A stretch of DNA of 64,000 nt from Flavobacteriaceae bacterium (GTDB lineage: Bacteria; Bacteroidota; Bacteroidia; Flavobacteriales; Flavobacteriaceae). Made by a program: the position numbers and the translations under genes. Numbering within the stretch: position 1 is the first letter of the stretch; the number at the start of each line of letters is the position of its first letter. The notes beneath the pieces are model-generated. The model was given only the letters and a program-made list of their open reading frames with translations, was not told the origin of the DNA and did no database searches. The stretch is from assembly GCA_041743085.1 (NCBI GenBank), contig JBGTNL010000093.1, positions 44,704 to 108,703 on the forward strand, written 5' to 3'. This document shows positions 36,604 through 46,651 of the stretch, piece by piece.

Positions 36604-37431
36604 TTGAAAAAACGAATCGCCATACAGGGAATTAAGGGTTCTAACCACCACCAGGTGGCACGGGAATATTTTAAAGAAGAGATGGATCTGGTAGAATGCC
36701 TTTCCTTTGACGCCCTGGTAGCCCAATTGCTCACCAATAAAGCCGATAAGGGGGTAATGGCCATTGAGAACTCCATTGCCGGCTCCATTCTTCCTAACTA
36801 TGCCCTAGTCTATCAGAATAACCTGCATATAATAGGGGAACATTATCTGAATATTCATCACAACCTCATGGTATTGAATGGCCAGCGACTTTCTGATGTA
36901 CTGGAAGTGCATTCACATCCTATGGCGCTCTTGCAATGCAAGGAATTTTTTAAGGAATACCCCCAGATTAAATTGGTAGAGGATGTGGATACCGCTGAAA
37001 CCGCAAAGAGGATACAGGAGAATGAATTAACGGGGATAGGGGCAATTGCACCCCGTGCGGCAGCTGAATTGTATGATCTCACCATAATAGCTCCCGAAAT
37101 CCAAACAATTAATAACAACGCTACCCGGTTTATCATCATCAAGACGAAGAACAAGGAGCTTCCCAAGGAGGAGATCAATAAAGCTTCGGTCCGTTTTATT
37201 ACCGATCACAAAAGAGGGAGCTTGGCCACGGTGCTCAATGTGATGAGCGATTGCAACCTGAACCTTACAAAGATCCAATCGCTTCCCATAATAGAAACAC
37301 CCTGGAAATATGCTTTTTTTGTAGATGTAACCTTTGAGGAATATATAGATTTTTCAAAGGCTAAGTCGCTATTGGAGATCATGGCGGAAGAATTCAGGGT
37401 TCTGGGGGAGTATAAAAATGCAAGGTTATGA
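36604..37431 (+). CDS. pheA: Prephenate dehydratase
   Basis: 275 aa with IAIQGIKGSNHH..., a PDT domain and a C-terminal ACT domain. The apparent start is TTG. Confidence 0.85.
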   Translation: MKKRIAIQGIKGSNHHQVAREYFKEEMDLVECLSFDALVAQLLTNKADKGVMAIENSIAGSILPNYALVYQNNLHIIGEHYLNIHHNLMVLNGQRLSDVLEVHSHPMALLQCKEFFKEYPQIKLVEDVDTAETAKRIQENELTGIGAIAPRAAAELYDLTIIAPEIQTINNNATRFIIIKTKNKELPKEEINKASVRFITDHKRGSLATVLNVMSDCNLNLTKIQSLPIIETPWKYAFFVDVTFEEYIDFSKAKSLLEIMAEEFRVLGEYKNARL

Positions 37432-38579
37432 TCCGAACAGCGCAGCGATTAGATACAGTTGAAGAATACTATTTCTCCAGGAAACTGCGAGAGGTACGGG
37501 AACTTATTGCCGGGGGGCGGCCCATTATTAATATGGGGATCGGAAGTCCCGATATGGAGCCACCTGAGGCCGTGTTAAGTGCCTTGTTACGGTCGGTAAG
37601 AGATATTGGAGCACATCAGTACCAAAGTTATCAGGGCCTTCCGGAACTCCGGGATGCTATAGCGGCTTTTTACAGATCGAAATTTAAGGTCCATGCGGAC
37701 CCAAATAATGAGATTTTGCCATTGATGGGATCCAAGGAAGGTATTATGCATATAAGCATGGCCTTTTTAAATACAGGAGATGAAGTATTAATTCCTAATC
37801 CCGGATATCCTACCTATACCTCAGTGACCAATCTTGTAGGTGCAACACCCAAATTTTATGGGCTGATGGAAAATAATGCATGGTTCCCTGACCTGGCGGA
37901 ATTGGAGAAGCAGGATTTGAGCAAGGTAAAACTGATGTGGGTCTGTTATCCGCACATGCCAACCGGCGCGACGGCAAGCGAATCCCAGTTTCAGAAATTG
38001 GTGGCATTTGCGAGGCGCAATTCGATTTTACTGGTTAATGACAATCCTTACAGTTTTGTGTTGGGCAAACATCCGGTTAGCCTGCTTGGAACTAAAGGAG
38101 CCAAAGACACTGCATTGGAGTTGAATTCCCTCAGTAAAACTTTTAATATGGCCGGTTGGCGGGTGGGAATGGTACTTGGAAGCCGTGACCATATTGCCGC
38201 CGTATTAAAGGTAAAAAGCAATATGGATTCCGGAATGTTTTATGGAATTCAAAAAGGGGCCATCGCAGCGTTGAAAAGTGAGCCGGAATGGTTTGCAGGA
38301 TTAAATGCAGCGTATGAATCCCGGAGGTCATTGCTTTTTCAATTAGCGGATAAAATGCATTGTACGTATGATGCTGCTGCTGTTGGCATGTTTGTATGGG
38401 CAAAATTACCTGAGGAGTCGCCGTCTTCTGAGGAATTTATTGATAAGGTTTTATATGAAAACGACATTTTTATTGCACCCGGAACCATTTTCGGCAGCAA
38501 TGGAGAGGGATATATAAGATTTTCACTTTGCGTGAAAGAGGAGAAGATAAAGGAAGCAATAAAGAGATATGAGATATGA
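37428..38579 (+). CDS. Class I/II PLP aminotransferase (probable aromatic/prephenate aminotransferase)
   Basis: 383 aa with NPGYPTY and the SLSKTFNMAGWRVG PLP-Lys motif. It overlaps the pheA stop by 4 nt. Confidence 0.8.
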   Translation: MIRTAQRLDTVEEYYFSRKLREVRELIAGGRPIINMGIGSPDMEPPEAVLSALLRSVRDIGAHQYQSYQGLPELRDAIAAFYRSKFKVHADPNNEILPLMGSKEGIMHISMAFLNTGDEVLIPNPGYPTYTSVTNLVGATPKFYGLMENNAWFPDLAELEKQDLSKVKLMWVCYPHMPTGATASESQFQKLVAFARRNSILLVNDNPYSFVLGKHPVSLLGTKGAKDTALELNSLSKTFNMAGWRVGMVLGSRDHIAAVLKVKSNMDSGMFYGIQKGAIAALKSEPEWFAGLNAAYESRRSLLFQLADKMHCTYDAAAVGMFVWAKLPEESPSSEEFIDKVLYENDIFIAPGTIFGSNGEGYIRFSLCVKEEKIKEAIKRYEI

Positions 38580-38610
38580 GATATCAGATATGAGATATGA
38601 GATATGAGAT
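38564..38610. repeat. Heptanucleotide microsatellite (GAGATAT) x ~6.7
   Basis: gagatat gagatat gagatat cagatat gagatat gagatat gagat. The aminotransferase stop TGA (38577-38579) lies inside copies 2-3. Confidence 0.95.
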
Positions 38611-38728
38611 TTTTACAATATGAACATGAAAACGAAATATAGAATTAATTTATCAGGTTTACTTGTTGATTATGGAAATAATGCCAAAAAAAGGCATCAG
38701 ACAGCACATATCTAAATACTAAGATACA

Positions 38729-39592
38729 ATGAACGTATTCATCATCGGGATAGGCTTAATAGGAGGTTCCATGGCAAGGGATATAAGGCAAATCTATCCC
38801 GATGCGAAAATCTATGGGATAGATAACAATGCTACTCACGTGGAGGAGGCGCTCGCTTTGGGCCTGATAAACGCAAAATCGGAATATGAAGAACTTTCTC
38901 GGGCCGATACCGTAATTGTTGCTATTCCAGTGGATACCCTGGTAACCGAATTGCCCGGAATTATGGATAATATCAATGAAGCCGCTTTAGTAATAGATGC
39001 CGGGTCCACAAAGGCGCTTATCTGTAAGACCTTGGAAGATCATCCGAAAAGGCGTAATTTTTTGGCTTGCCACCCCATCTCGGGAACCGAATTTTCAGGT
39101 CCGGCCGCCGCTGTTGAAGGACTTTTTAAGGGAAAAACGAATATTATTTGCGAAGTGGAGAAAACCGCCTTCAAACTGCAGGAAAGAGCCTTGGAACTAT
39201 TTCAAAAAATGGGGATGCGTATTCGTTATATGAACCCGGAGGCGCATGACAAACATATTGCCTATGTTTCCCACCTGTCACACATCAGTTCTTTTATGCT
39301 TGGGAAAACAGTGATCGAAAAAGAAAAGAACGAACGCGATATTTTTGATATGGCAGGCAGCGGTTTTGAAAGCACGGTTCGTCTGGCAAAAAGCTCACCG
39401 GACATGTGGACCCCCATTTTTGAACAGAATAGAGATAATGTAGTTGAAACACTGGAAGAGTACATACAGAACCTCAAAGATTTTAAACAAAAACTTTTGG
39501 ATAATGACTACCGGGGTATTTACAGAGAAATGGACAATACGAATAAAATAAAGGAGATATTAAAAGGAATCCCAATTAATAAACAGAATTAA
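38729..39592 (+). CDS. tyrA: Prephenate dehydrogenase
   Basis: 287 aa with the Rossmann motif IIGIGLIGGS and HPISGTE. Confidence 0.85.
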   Translation: MNVFIIGIGLIGGSMARDIRQIYPDAKIYGIDNNATHVEEALALGLINAKSEYEELSRADTVIVAIPVDTLVTELPGIMDNINEAALVIDAGSTKALICKTLEDHPKRRNFLACHPISGTEFSGPAAAVEGLFKGKTNIICEVEKTAFKLQERALELFQKMGMRIRYMNPEAHDKHIAYVSHLSHISSFMLGKTVIEKEKNERDIFDMAGSGFESTVRLAKSSPDMWTPIFEQNRDNVVETLEEYIQNLKDFKQKLLDNDYRGIYREMDNTNKIKEILKGIPINKQN

Positions 39593-39595
39593 AGT

Positions 39596-40678
39596 ATGGA
39601 GAATTCAATGGATTTAAGGGCCTGGTTAGACGATATGAATTTATCGCACCCTTTGGTCATTGCGGGGCCTTGCAGCGCGGAGACCGAAAAGCAGGTATTG
39701 GAAATTGCAAATGAGTTAAAGGAGACAGACGTTAACTATTACCGGGCAGGAATATGGAAACCCAGAACCCGTCCCGGGAATTTTGAGGGAGTTGGAGCCA
39801 TAGGATTAAAATGGCTGCAAAAGGTAAAGAATGAAACCGGTCTTAAAACCGCTACCGAGGTGGCAAATAGAGCACATGTGGATCTGGCCCTTGAGCATGA
39901 TATTGATCTTTTATGGATTGGAGCCCGCTCTACGGTGAGTCCTTTTATTGTTCAGGAAATAGCGGATGCCCTGGAAGGCACGGATAAAATAGTTCTTGTA
40001 AAGAATCCCGTTAATCCGGACCTATCCCTGTGGTTAGGGGCTGTGGAACGATTGCATACGGCCAATATTAAAAAGCTGGGGGTTATCCACAGGGGCTTTT
40101 CAACCTATGAAAAAACAAAATACCGCAACATACCGGAATGGCAATTGCCAATTGAGTTACAGACCAAGTTCCCGGATCTACCACTTATCAACGATCCCTC
40201 GCATATTACGGGTAAACGGGATATGATCTTCGATGTTTCGCAAACCGCCCTGGACCTGAATTTTGACGGGCTGATGATAGAAACCCACTGTGATCCCGAT
40301 AATGCCTGGAGCGATGCGGCACAACAGGTAACACCCAAAAGACTGGTACAGATCATGGAAGATTTAAAAATCAGAAAGGAAACAGACAAGGAGGCGGAAT
40401 ACAATGCGAAGCTGAACAATTTAAGGGCACAGATCGATATTATTGATAACCAATTAATAGAGACCCTGGGGAAGCGAATGAAGGTTGCGGATAATATCGG
40501 AGCATTAAAAAGGCAGAAGAATGTGGCTGTATTACAGACCACCCGGTGGAACGCTATTCTGGGTAAAATGATCCTGGAAGGCGAATCCAAAGGGTTAAGT
40601 GAGGAGTTTGTTCTAAGAATGTTCAAGGCCATTCACCAGGAGTCTATCAACCATCAGGAGAAGATTATTAATGCTTAG
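39596..40678 (+). CDS. Bifunctional 3-deoxy-7-phosphoheptulonate (DAHP) synthase (type I-beta) / chorismate mutase
   Basis: 360 aa. The N-terminal part is a KDSA-like DAHP synthase (AGPCSAE, KPRT, DPSH). The C-terminal ~90 aa are chorismate mutase type II (LRAQIDIIDNQLIETLGKRM). Confidence 0.85.
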   Translation: MENSMDLRAWLDDMNLSHPLVIAGPCSAETEKQVLEIANELKETDVNYYRAGIWKPRTRPGNFEGVGAIGLKWLQKVKNETGLKTATEVANRAHVDLALEHDIDLLWIGARSTVSPFIVQEIADALEGTDKIVLVKNPVNPDLSLWLGAVERLHTANIKKLGVIHRGFSTYEKTKYRNIPEWQLPIELQTKFPDLPLINDPSHITGKRDMIFDVSQTALDLNFDGLMIETHCDPDNAWSDAAQQVTPKRLVQIMEDLKIRKETDKEAEYNAKLNNLRAQIDIIDNQLIETLGKRMKVADNIGALKRQKNVAVLQTTRWNAILGKMILEGESKGLSEEFVLRMFKAIHQESINHQEKIINA

Positions 40679-40686
40679 GTAGAAGC

Positions 40687-40788
40687 CTTCTTTTGTCGTT
40701 CCGAGCGTAGCGAAGAATCGGGCCAGGATGCGAGGGTGGTGCTAGTGGTGGCGGTTTGCCCGCCTCCATGTTTATGCTCTGAAATAGG
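40687..40788 (+). repeat. Copy 1 of a ~100-bp direct repeat
   Basis: cttcttttgtcgttccgagcgtagcgaagaatcgggccaggatgcgagggtggt... recurs at 40940 with few mismatches. Confidence 0.85.
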
Positions 40789-40939
40789 CCGCACTATGTG
40801 GGATTAAGGGTAAGGGCAGATTCCTCATTTCATTCGGAACGACAAGTGAGGGTGTTCGCACTGCGGACAACGGCATTCGGAATGACAAGGACTGGGCACG
40901 GAGTTGCGATAAGGAATAGAGGCGGGAGAGGGATCAAGG

Positions 40940-41040
40940 CACTCTTTTGTCGTTCCGAGCGTAGGGAAGAATCGGGCCAGGATGCGAGGGTGGTACCGGT
41001 GATAGTTTAGCGGCCTCCATATTTTATGTTCTGGGATAAT
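40940..41040 (+). repeat. Copy 2 of the ~100-bp direct repeat
   Basis: cactcttttgtcgttccgagcgtagggaagaatcgggccaggatgcgagggtggt...gcctccatattttatg. Confidence 0.85.
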
Positions 41041-41135
41041 TATAAATATAGACGTCCCTTAGTGTAAAAACGTTGCCTGAAGTGCAGAAAGTCCTGGATA
41101 TAAAATATAAATTGTAGCTAATGAGATGGTTGTGA

Positions 41136-42113
41136 TTATTTTTTTCGGTCTACCACATAGCTCACCATAAGCCTGAGGGCATCCTTATACTCAGAGGAAG
41201 GATAGTCGTCCAACAGGGTTAACGCCTTTTCTTTGAACGCATGCATCCTGGATTCGGCATACGTCAGGCCACCCTGCTCCTTAACAAACCTAATAACCTC
41301 CTTAACCCTTTTGCTGTTCCTGTTATGATTTTTAACCGAATTGATCAACCACTTTTTTTCTTTCGGCTCGCAATTATTAAGAACATGGATCAGGGGCAAG
41401 GTCATTTTTTGCTCTTTTATATCGATACCGGTAGGTTTCCCTATTTTCTCCTGACCATAATCAAAAAGATCGTCTTTTATCTGAAATGCCATACCGCAGA
41501 ACTCCCCGAACCTTCGAAAAGTTTCCACATGGGGGGTATCCGGTTTTACCGAACAGGCTCCCATACTGCAACACGCAGCTATAAGAGTTGCCGTTTTTTG
41601 ACGGATGATATCATAATATACCTCTTCCGTAATATCCAGGCGCCTGGCTTTCTCAATTTGCAGAAGTTCTCCCTTACTGATTTCCTCTACGGCGACAGAA
41701 ATAATTTTCAATAGATCTACGTCTCCATGTTCAATAGATAACAAAAGTCCCTTGGAGAAAAAATAATCGCCCACTAAAACGGCAATTTTATTTTTCCACA
41801 AAGCATTCACCGAAAAAAAACCGCGCCTTTTATTACTATCATCAACCACATCGTCATGAACCAGACTGGCCGTATGTATTAATTCAATTACCGAAGCTCC
41901 GCGATAAGTTCGCTCATTCACCTTCCCGTCATTAAGTAATTTGGCGGTAAGAAATACAAACATGGGTCGCATTTGCTTCCCTTTCCGATTTACTATGTAA
42001 TAGGTGATCCTGTTTAGAAGAGCTACTTTGGAGGACATGGATTCGTGGAACTTTTGCTCAAACAGTTCCATTTCTTCATTCACCGGTTCCTTTATCTGTG
42101 CTACAATTTTCAA
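41136..42113 (-). CDS. ispB: Long-chain polyprenyl diphosphate synthase
   Basis: 325 aa with two Asp-rich motifs, DDVVDDS and KDDLFD. Confidence 0.85.
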   Translation of the reverse strand: MKIVAQIKEPVNEEMELFEQKFHESMSSKVALLNRITYYIVNRKGKQMRPMFVFLTAKLLNDGKVNERTYRGASVIELIHTASLVHDDVVDDSNKRRGFFSVNALWKNKIAVLVGDYFFSKGLLLSIEHGDVDLLKIISVAVEEISKGELLQIEKARRLDITEEVYYDIIRQKTATLIAACCSMGACSVKPDTPHVETFRRFGEFCGMAFQIKDDLFDYGQEKIGKPTGIDIKEQKMTLPLIHVLNNCEPKEKKWLINSVKNHNRNSKRVKEVIRFVKEQGGLTYAESRMHAFKEKALTLLDDYPSSEYKDALRLMVSYVVDRKK

Positions 42114-42330
42114 TTAAGTTGTTTGTGTCTGGTTCGACTTTGGTCCTATAAAATTAGGGAAAAAGTCCTGAAGGAGGTTCTTATCTTAAAATAAAGTAAG
42201 AGACAGGGTGTAAACTTTTAAAATACCAGGTAAAAAGTAACGGGCAGACAGTAATCAGTGAACGGGAAACTACCAAATACAACTGTAAGATAAAATTTAT
42301 TTTGTTCTGCTATTCGGCAACTTACTTTTT

Positions 42331-42570
42331 ACGACAAATTTCCCAAAATCCAGCAATTTGGTCCCAAACAGACCCCTCCCTAACCCTCCCCCAAGGGGAG
42401 GTAACCTGTTTTCATTGCAATGAAGGTGTCCGTTTCTTGCTGGATCTGCTCCCCTCCCCTTGCAACCGGCGAGCGAAAGCGAGAGGAAGGCACAGTCGGG
42501 GGGAGGTGGGGCTGTAAGGGAGGATATAGGGATCAGTTGATTGTTCTCCAAGAAAGGGGAAATTTGTCGT
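42331..42570. mobile_element. 240-bp non-coding element bounded by 14-bp perfect inverted repeats (MITE-like)
   Basis: acgacaaatttccc (42331-42344) pairs with gggaaatttgtcgt (42557-42570). The interior holds GC-rich hairpin modules, including one shared with the 15144-15362 element. Confidence 0.5.
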
Positions 42571-42670
42571 GCACCCACATACCGCCAAAATCATTCCTTA
42601 TAAGCTCTAAACTTTAAGTTCCGATTTTCGCGGCCGTATCCTGATAGGGAGGTATTGGCTTACTTAAAAT

Positions 42671-43711
42671 TTAGGATTTATTCGCCAATTGCCCACAGGC
42701 CGCATCTATGTCTTTCCCCCTGGAACGCCTTACGGTTACCGTTATTCCATTGCGTTCAAGCGTGGTTACATACATCGCAATTGCAGTGTTGGACCCTTGT
42801 TTAAAATCCCCTTTGTCTATTGGATTGTATTCTATCAGATTTACTTTGGAGGGGGCAAACCGGCAGAAATCGACCAGGGCATCTGCATCTTTTTGGGTAT
42901 CATTGATTCCCTCCCATACCACATATTCGTACGTAATTCTGCTTTTTGTCCTATGATACCAATATTCCAGGGCCTTCCTGAGCTCCTCAAGGGAAAATGT
43001 CGCATTAAAGGGCATTATGGAAGTCCGTATTTCATCAATAGCGGAATGCAGGGAGACGGCCAATTTAAATTTTACGGCTTCATCGGCCATCTTCATGATC
43101 ATCTTGGGCACTCCTGAGGTAGAGAGGGTGATGCGTTTCGGGGACATTCCCAGACCATCGGAAGAGGTAATTTTGTCGATTGCCTTCAATACATTGTTAT
43201 AATTCATGAGGGGTTCTCCCATTCCCATAAAAACGATATTGCTGAGTGGCCTGTTAAAATAGAGCCGACTTTCATTTTCAATTGCCACTACCTGATCATA
43301 GATCTCATCAGGATTGAGATTACGCATGCGTTTCAGGCTTGCTGTTGCGCAAAATTTGCAATCGAGGCTACAGCCTACCTGGCTGGAAACACAGGCAGTG
43401 GTCCTGGTGGCGGTTGGGATGAGGACGGATTCCACGATAAGATCATCGTGCAACCTAACCGCGTTTTTAATTGTCCCGTCAGCACTGCGCTGCATCTGAT
43501 CTACCTGAATGTGATTAATTGCGAAATGATCCTGCAGCTGTTTACGGGTTTCTTTGGAGATATTGGTCATGGCGTCAAAGGAATGCGCAGATTTTTGCCA
43601 AAGCCATTCGTATACCTGATTGCCTCTAAATGCCCTATCTCCTTTTTGCACAAAGAAATCCCGGAGCTGTTCCCTGGTGAGGGCCCTTATGTCTTTCTTC
43701 TTTTTTTCCAT
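42671..43711 (-). CDS. rlmN: 23S rRNA/tRNA adenine-C2 methyltransferase (radical SAM)
   Basis: 346 aa with the radical-SAM motif CSLDCKFC, GMGEP, and a C-terminal DIDAACGQL. Confidence 0.9.
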   Translation of the reverse strand: MEKKKKDIRALTREQLRDFFVQKGDRAFRGNQVYEWLWQKSAHSFDAMTNISKETRKQLQDHFAINHIQVDQMQRSADGTIKNAVRLHDDLIVESVLIPTATRTTACVSSQVGCSLDCKFCATASLKRMRNLNPDEIYDQVVAIENESRLYFNRPLSNIVFMGMGEPLMNYNNVLKAIDKITSSDGLGMSPKRITLSTSGVPKMIMKMADEAVKFKLAVSLHSAIDEIRTSIMPFNATFSLEELRKALEYWYHRTKSRITYEYVVWEGINDTQKDADALVDFCRFAPSKVNLIEYNPIDKGDFKQGSNTAIAMYVTTLERNGITVTVRRSRGKDIDAACGQLANKS

Positions 43712-43920
43712 ACAACGGGATGCACTGGTGGCTTATGATTTGAGGAATAACAAATTTATGGTCCCTTCCGGACAAGGAATTCTATACCCATCTCTTCATT
43801 AAATAAGGCAGGTCCCGGAGCAAGGTTAGCCGATCTAAATGCTAATACACCAAATCGCCAGCCTGAAATTTTATAGCAACATCTTTGCTATGACAAATTA
43901 GGTCTTTTATAACAACCGAA

Positions 43921-44970
43921 TTAAATAATCAGCATCGCATCCCCATAGGAATAGAAGCGATATCCTTCTATTATGGCCTCCTTATATGCTCTTTTCATAA
44001 GATCGTGGCCCATAAAAGCGGAAACCATCATTAAAAGTGTGGATTTTGGCAAATGAAAATTTGTTACCATGGCGTTGGCAATACTGAAGTCATAGGGAGG
44101 AAAAATGAATTTGTTCGTCCAGCCATCATGGGTATTCAGGGTATGCTCCGAAGAAACAGCGCTTTCCAGGCCCCGCATTGCCGTGGTACCAATTGCACAA
44201 ACTCTCTTTTTTCTCGACTTTGCACTGTTGACAATCTCAATGGCTTTTTCTTCAATCACCAATTCTTCACTGTCCATCTTGTGCTTGGAAAGATCCTCCA
44301 CTTCTACGGGGTTAAAAGTGCCGAGACCCACGTGCAAGGTAATTTCGGCAAAATCTATTCCTTTAATTTCCAATCGCTTTAACAGGTGCTTTGAAAAATG
44401 CAATCCGGCCGTGGGCGCCGCCACAGCACCTTCGTGTTTGGCATATATGGTTTGGTAGCGTACCTCATCTTCGGGCTCCACTCCTCTTTTGATATATTTT
44501 GGTAAGGGCGTTTCTCCCAACTCCCTCAATTTCCTTCTAAAATCGGTGTAAGAGCCATCATAGAGAAAACGCAGTGTTCTGCCTCTCGATGTCGTGTTAT
44601 CAATGACCTCAGCAACTAAACTTTCATCCTCCCCGAAGTACAGTTTATTCCCAATTCGTATTTTTCGCGCAGGATCTACGAGCACATCCCATAGTCGTTG
44701 TTCTTCGTTTAATTCGCGCAATAAGAACACTTCGATCCTCGCTCCGGTTTTTTCCTTATTTCCATATAAACGGGCAGGAAAAACCTTGGTGTTATTGAGC
44801 ACCATTACATCCCCCTCTTCAAAATAATCAATAAGATTCTTAAATAATTTGTGTTCAATTTTCCCGGTTTCGCGGTAAACAACCATTAGCTTGGATTCGT
44901 CCCGGTTTTCTGCGGGATACTCTGCCAATGATTCCTTTGGAAGTTCAAAACTGAAGTGCGATAGTTTCAT
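43921..44970 (-). CDS. queA: S-adenosylmethionine:tRNA ribosyltransferase-isomerase
   Basis: 349 aa with [29 protein letters not shown] and GTT...ES. Confidence 0.9.
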   Translation of the reverse strand: MKLSHFSFELPKESLAEYPAENRDESKLMVVYRETGKIEHKLFKNLIDYFEEGDVMVLNNTKVFPARLYGNKEKTGARIEVFLLRELNEEQRLWDVLVDPARKIRIGNKLYFGEDESLVAEVIDNTTSRGRTLRFLYDGSYTDFRRKLRELGETPLPKYIKRGVEPEDEVRYQTIYAKHEGAVAAPTAGLHFSKHLLKRLEIKGIDFAEITLHVGLGTFNPVEVEDLSKHKMDSEELVIEEKAIEIVNSAKSRKKRVCAIGTTAMRGLESAVSSEHTLNTHDGWTNKFIFPPYDFSIANAMVTNFHLPKSTLLMMVSAFMGHDLMKRAYKEAIIEGYRFYSYGDAMLII

Positions 44971-45057
44971 TAAGTTTTTGTGTTAGCGGATTTTTGCGGC
45001 TGCAAATATACAATCCTGGGACAAGGGATGTCAAGTAAAAGCCAAATTAAATGGCCG

Positions 45058-46287
45058 TTAGCAATTTTTAATTGCAAATTGGAGCTTTTCAAGGTCTTTC
45101 CAAAAGTCTGGATAGGATTTGGCAACTACCTCTGCATCATCTATAAAAAGTGAGGTTTTGAGTGCCAAAGGGGCAAAGGCCATGGCCATTCTGTGGTCAT
45201 TATAGGTAGCTATGGCTACGTCTTTTATGATACCGGCGGAAGGTTGCAGCCTAAGACTCTTATCCGATACGGAAACCGTTGCTCCCAATTTGGCGAGTTC
45301 CGTGTAGAGGGCTACCAATCTATCTGTCTCTTTAATTTTTAGCGTATGAAGCCCGGTTAAATAACATCCAAGCCCCAGGCCAAAACAAGTTACAGCAATG
45401 GTCTGTGCAAGGTCCGGGGCGTTTGTTAAGTCAAGGGTCAAGGTTTCAGGTCTGAACTTGGCGGTTTTGCGGAGTATGATTTCGTTCTCATTGAAAACCG
45501 TACGCACCCCAAGGCTTTGATATATTTCTGAAAGTATACTATCTCCCTGTAAGCTGTCCTTTTTGTAGGATGACAGCGTCATTTCAGTGCCGGGCTCCGA
45601 GAGCGCCACAATACTATAAAAATAAGAAGCCGAACTCCAGTCTGACTCCACGACAAAAGTTTTGTCCAATATTGATTTTCTGGGTTTTACCCTGATTCTA
45701 TTCCCCTCAAACGACTGGGAAACACCCATTTGTTGCAAGAGCCCCAAAGTCATTTTTATGTAGGGGATAGAGGTAATTTGTCCCATCAGCTCCAATTCAA
45801 GCCCTTTTTCAAGACCCGGGGCAACCAGGAGCAACGCTGAAATGTATTGACTGCTTATGTTGGCGCTAAGACTAACCTTTTGTTTGCTAAGGGATTTGCC
45901 CTTAATTTTTATAGGAGGATAACCTTCATTTTTTACGTAGCCGATATCCGCGCCCAACTGTTGGAGCGCCTCCACTAAAATTTTAATTGGGCGTTCCTGC
46001 ATACGGGCCGATCCTGTTAGCGTAACTTCCGTTCCTCCCTGTGTTGCAAAATAAGCTGTTAAGAAACGCATGGCGGTCCCTGCGTGATGAATGTCAATTT
46101 CCCCGTTGGTTATAGTCAAGCCCTTTGCCATAGCCTCGGCATCATTTGAGTTAGACAGGTTTTCAATAGCAATGTTGGGATACAGTGCCTGCAATAGCAG
46201 GAGTCTGTTGGATTCACTTTTGGACCCCGATATTTGGATATTGGAATTCAATAGATTATTCGGAGGGCCGGATAGCTGTAACTTCAA
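45058..46287 (-). CDS. aroA: 3-phosphoshikimate 1-carboxyvinyltransferase (EPSP synthase)
   Basis: 409 aa with GSKSESNR, HHAGTAMRFL and NDHRMAMAFAPLAL. Confidence 0.9.
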   Translation of the reverse strand: MKLQLSGPPNNLLNSNIQISGSKSESNRLLLLQALYPNIAIENLSNSNDAEAMAKGLTITNGEIDIHHAGTAMRFLTAYFATQGGTEVTLTGSARMQERPIKILVEALQQLGADIGYVKNEGYPPIKIKGKSLSKQKVSLSANISSQYISALLLVAPGLEKGLELELMGQITSIPYIKMTLGLLQQMGVSQSFEGNRIRVKPRKSILDKTFVVESDWSSASYFYSIVALSEPGTEMTLSSYKKDSLQGDSILSEIYQSLGVRTVFNENEIILRKTAKFRPETLTLDLTNAPDLAQTIAVTCFGLGLGCYLTGLHTLKIKETDRLVALYTELAKLGATVSVSDKSLRLQPSAGIIKDVAIATYNDHRMAMAFAPLALKTSLFIDDAEVVAKSYPDFWKDLEKLQFAIKNC

Positions 46288-46324
46288 GGTAATCGGGTTT
46301 AAAAAACAAAGCTCAAATATAGTA

Positions 46325-46651
46325 CTATTTGAGCTTTTTGTTGTTCTGGTGGCGGTCGTGATCTCGTTTGGCCTTAAGGTCTAGTTTTTTATCAAATGCC
46401 TGCTGCAGATCAATCCCTGTCTGGTTGGCAAGGCAGAACAACACAAAGAGCACATCGGCCAATTCATCTCCAAGATCTTTGCCCTTGTCCGATTCTTTTT
46501 CGCTTTGTTCCCCGTAGCGCCTTGCGATGATCCGCGCCACTTCGCCCACCTCTTCCGTAAGTTGAGCCATATTTGTTAGCTCGTTAAAATAGCGTACTCC
46601 GTGTTCCTTTATCCAATTATCTACCGCCAGCTGTGCGTTCTGTATGTTCAT
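46325..46651 (-). CDS. MazG-like nucleotide pyrophosphohydrolase
   Basis: 108 aa with EEVGEVAR...ELADVLF (EExxE...D motif). Confidence 0.75.
   Translation of the reverse strand: MNIQNAQLAVDNWIKEHGVRYFNELTNMAQLTEEVGEVARIIARRYGEQSEKESDKGKDLGDELADVLFVLFCLANQTGIDLQQAFDKKLDLKAKRDHDRHQNNKKLK

Noticed and set aside
40687-41040. Possible CRISPR array or tandem-repeat locus
   Set aside because: There are only two direct copies. Each is ~100 bp long, far longer than CRISPR repeats. Inverted copies of the same core lie between them, and no cas genes are present. It fits REP/MITE-like repeats better.
42297-42617. Several 60-93-aa ORFs on both strands
   Set aside because: All fall inside the TIR-bounded GC-rich repeat element. 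Their Gly/Pro/Arg-rich translations are typical artefacts of such repeats.
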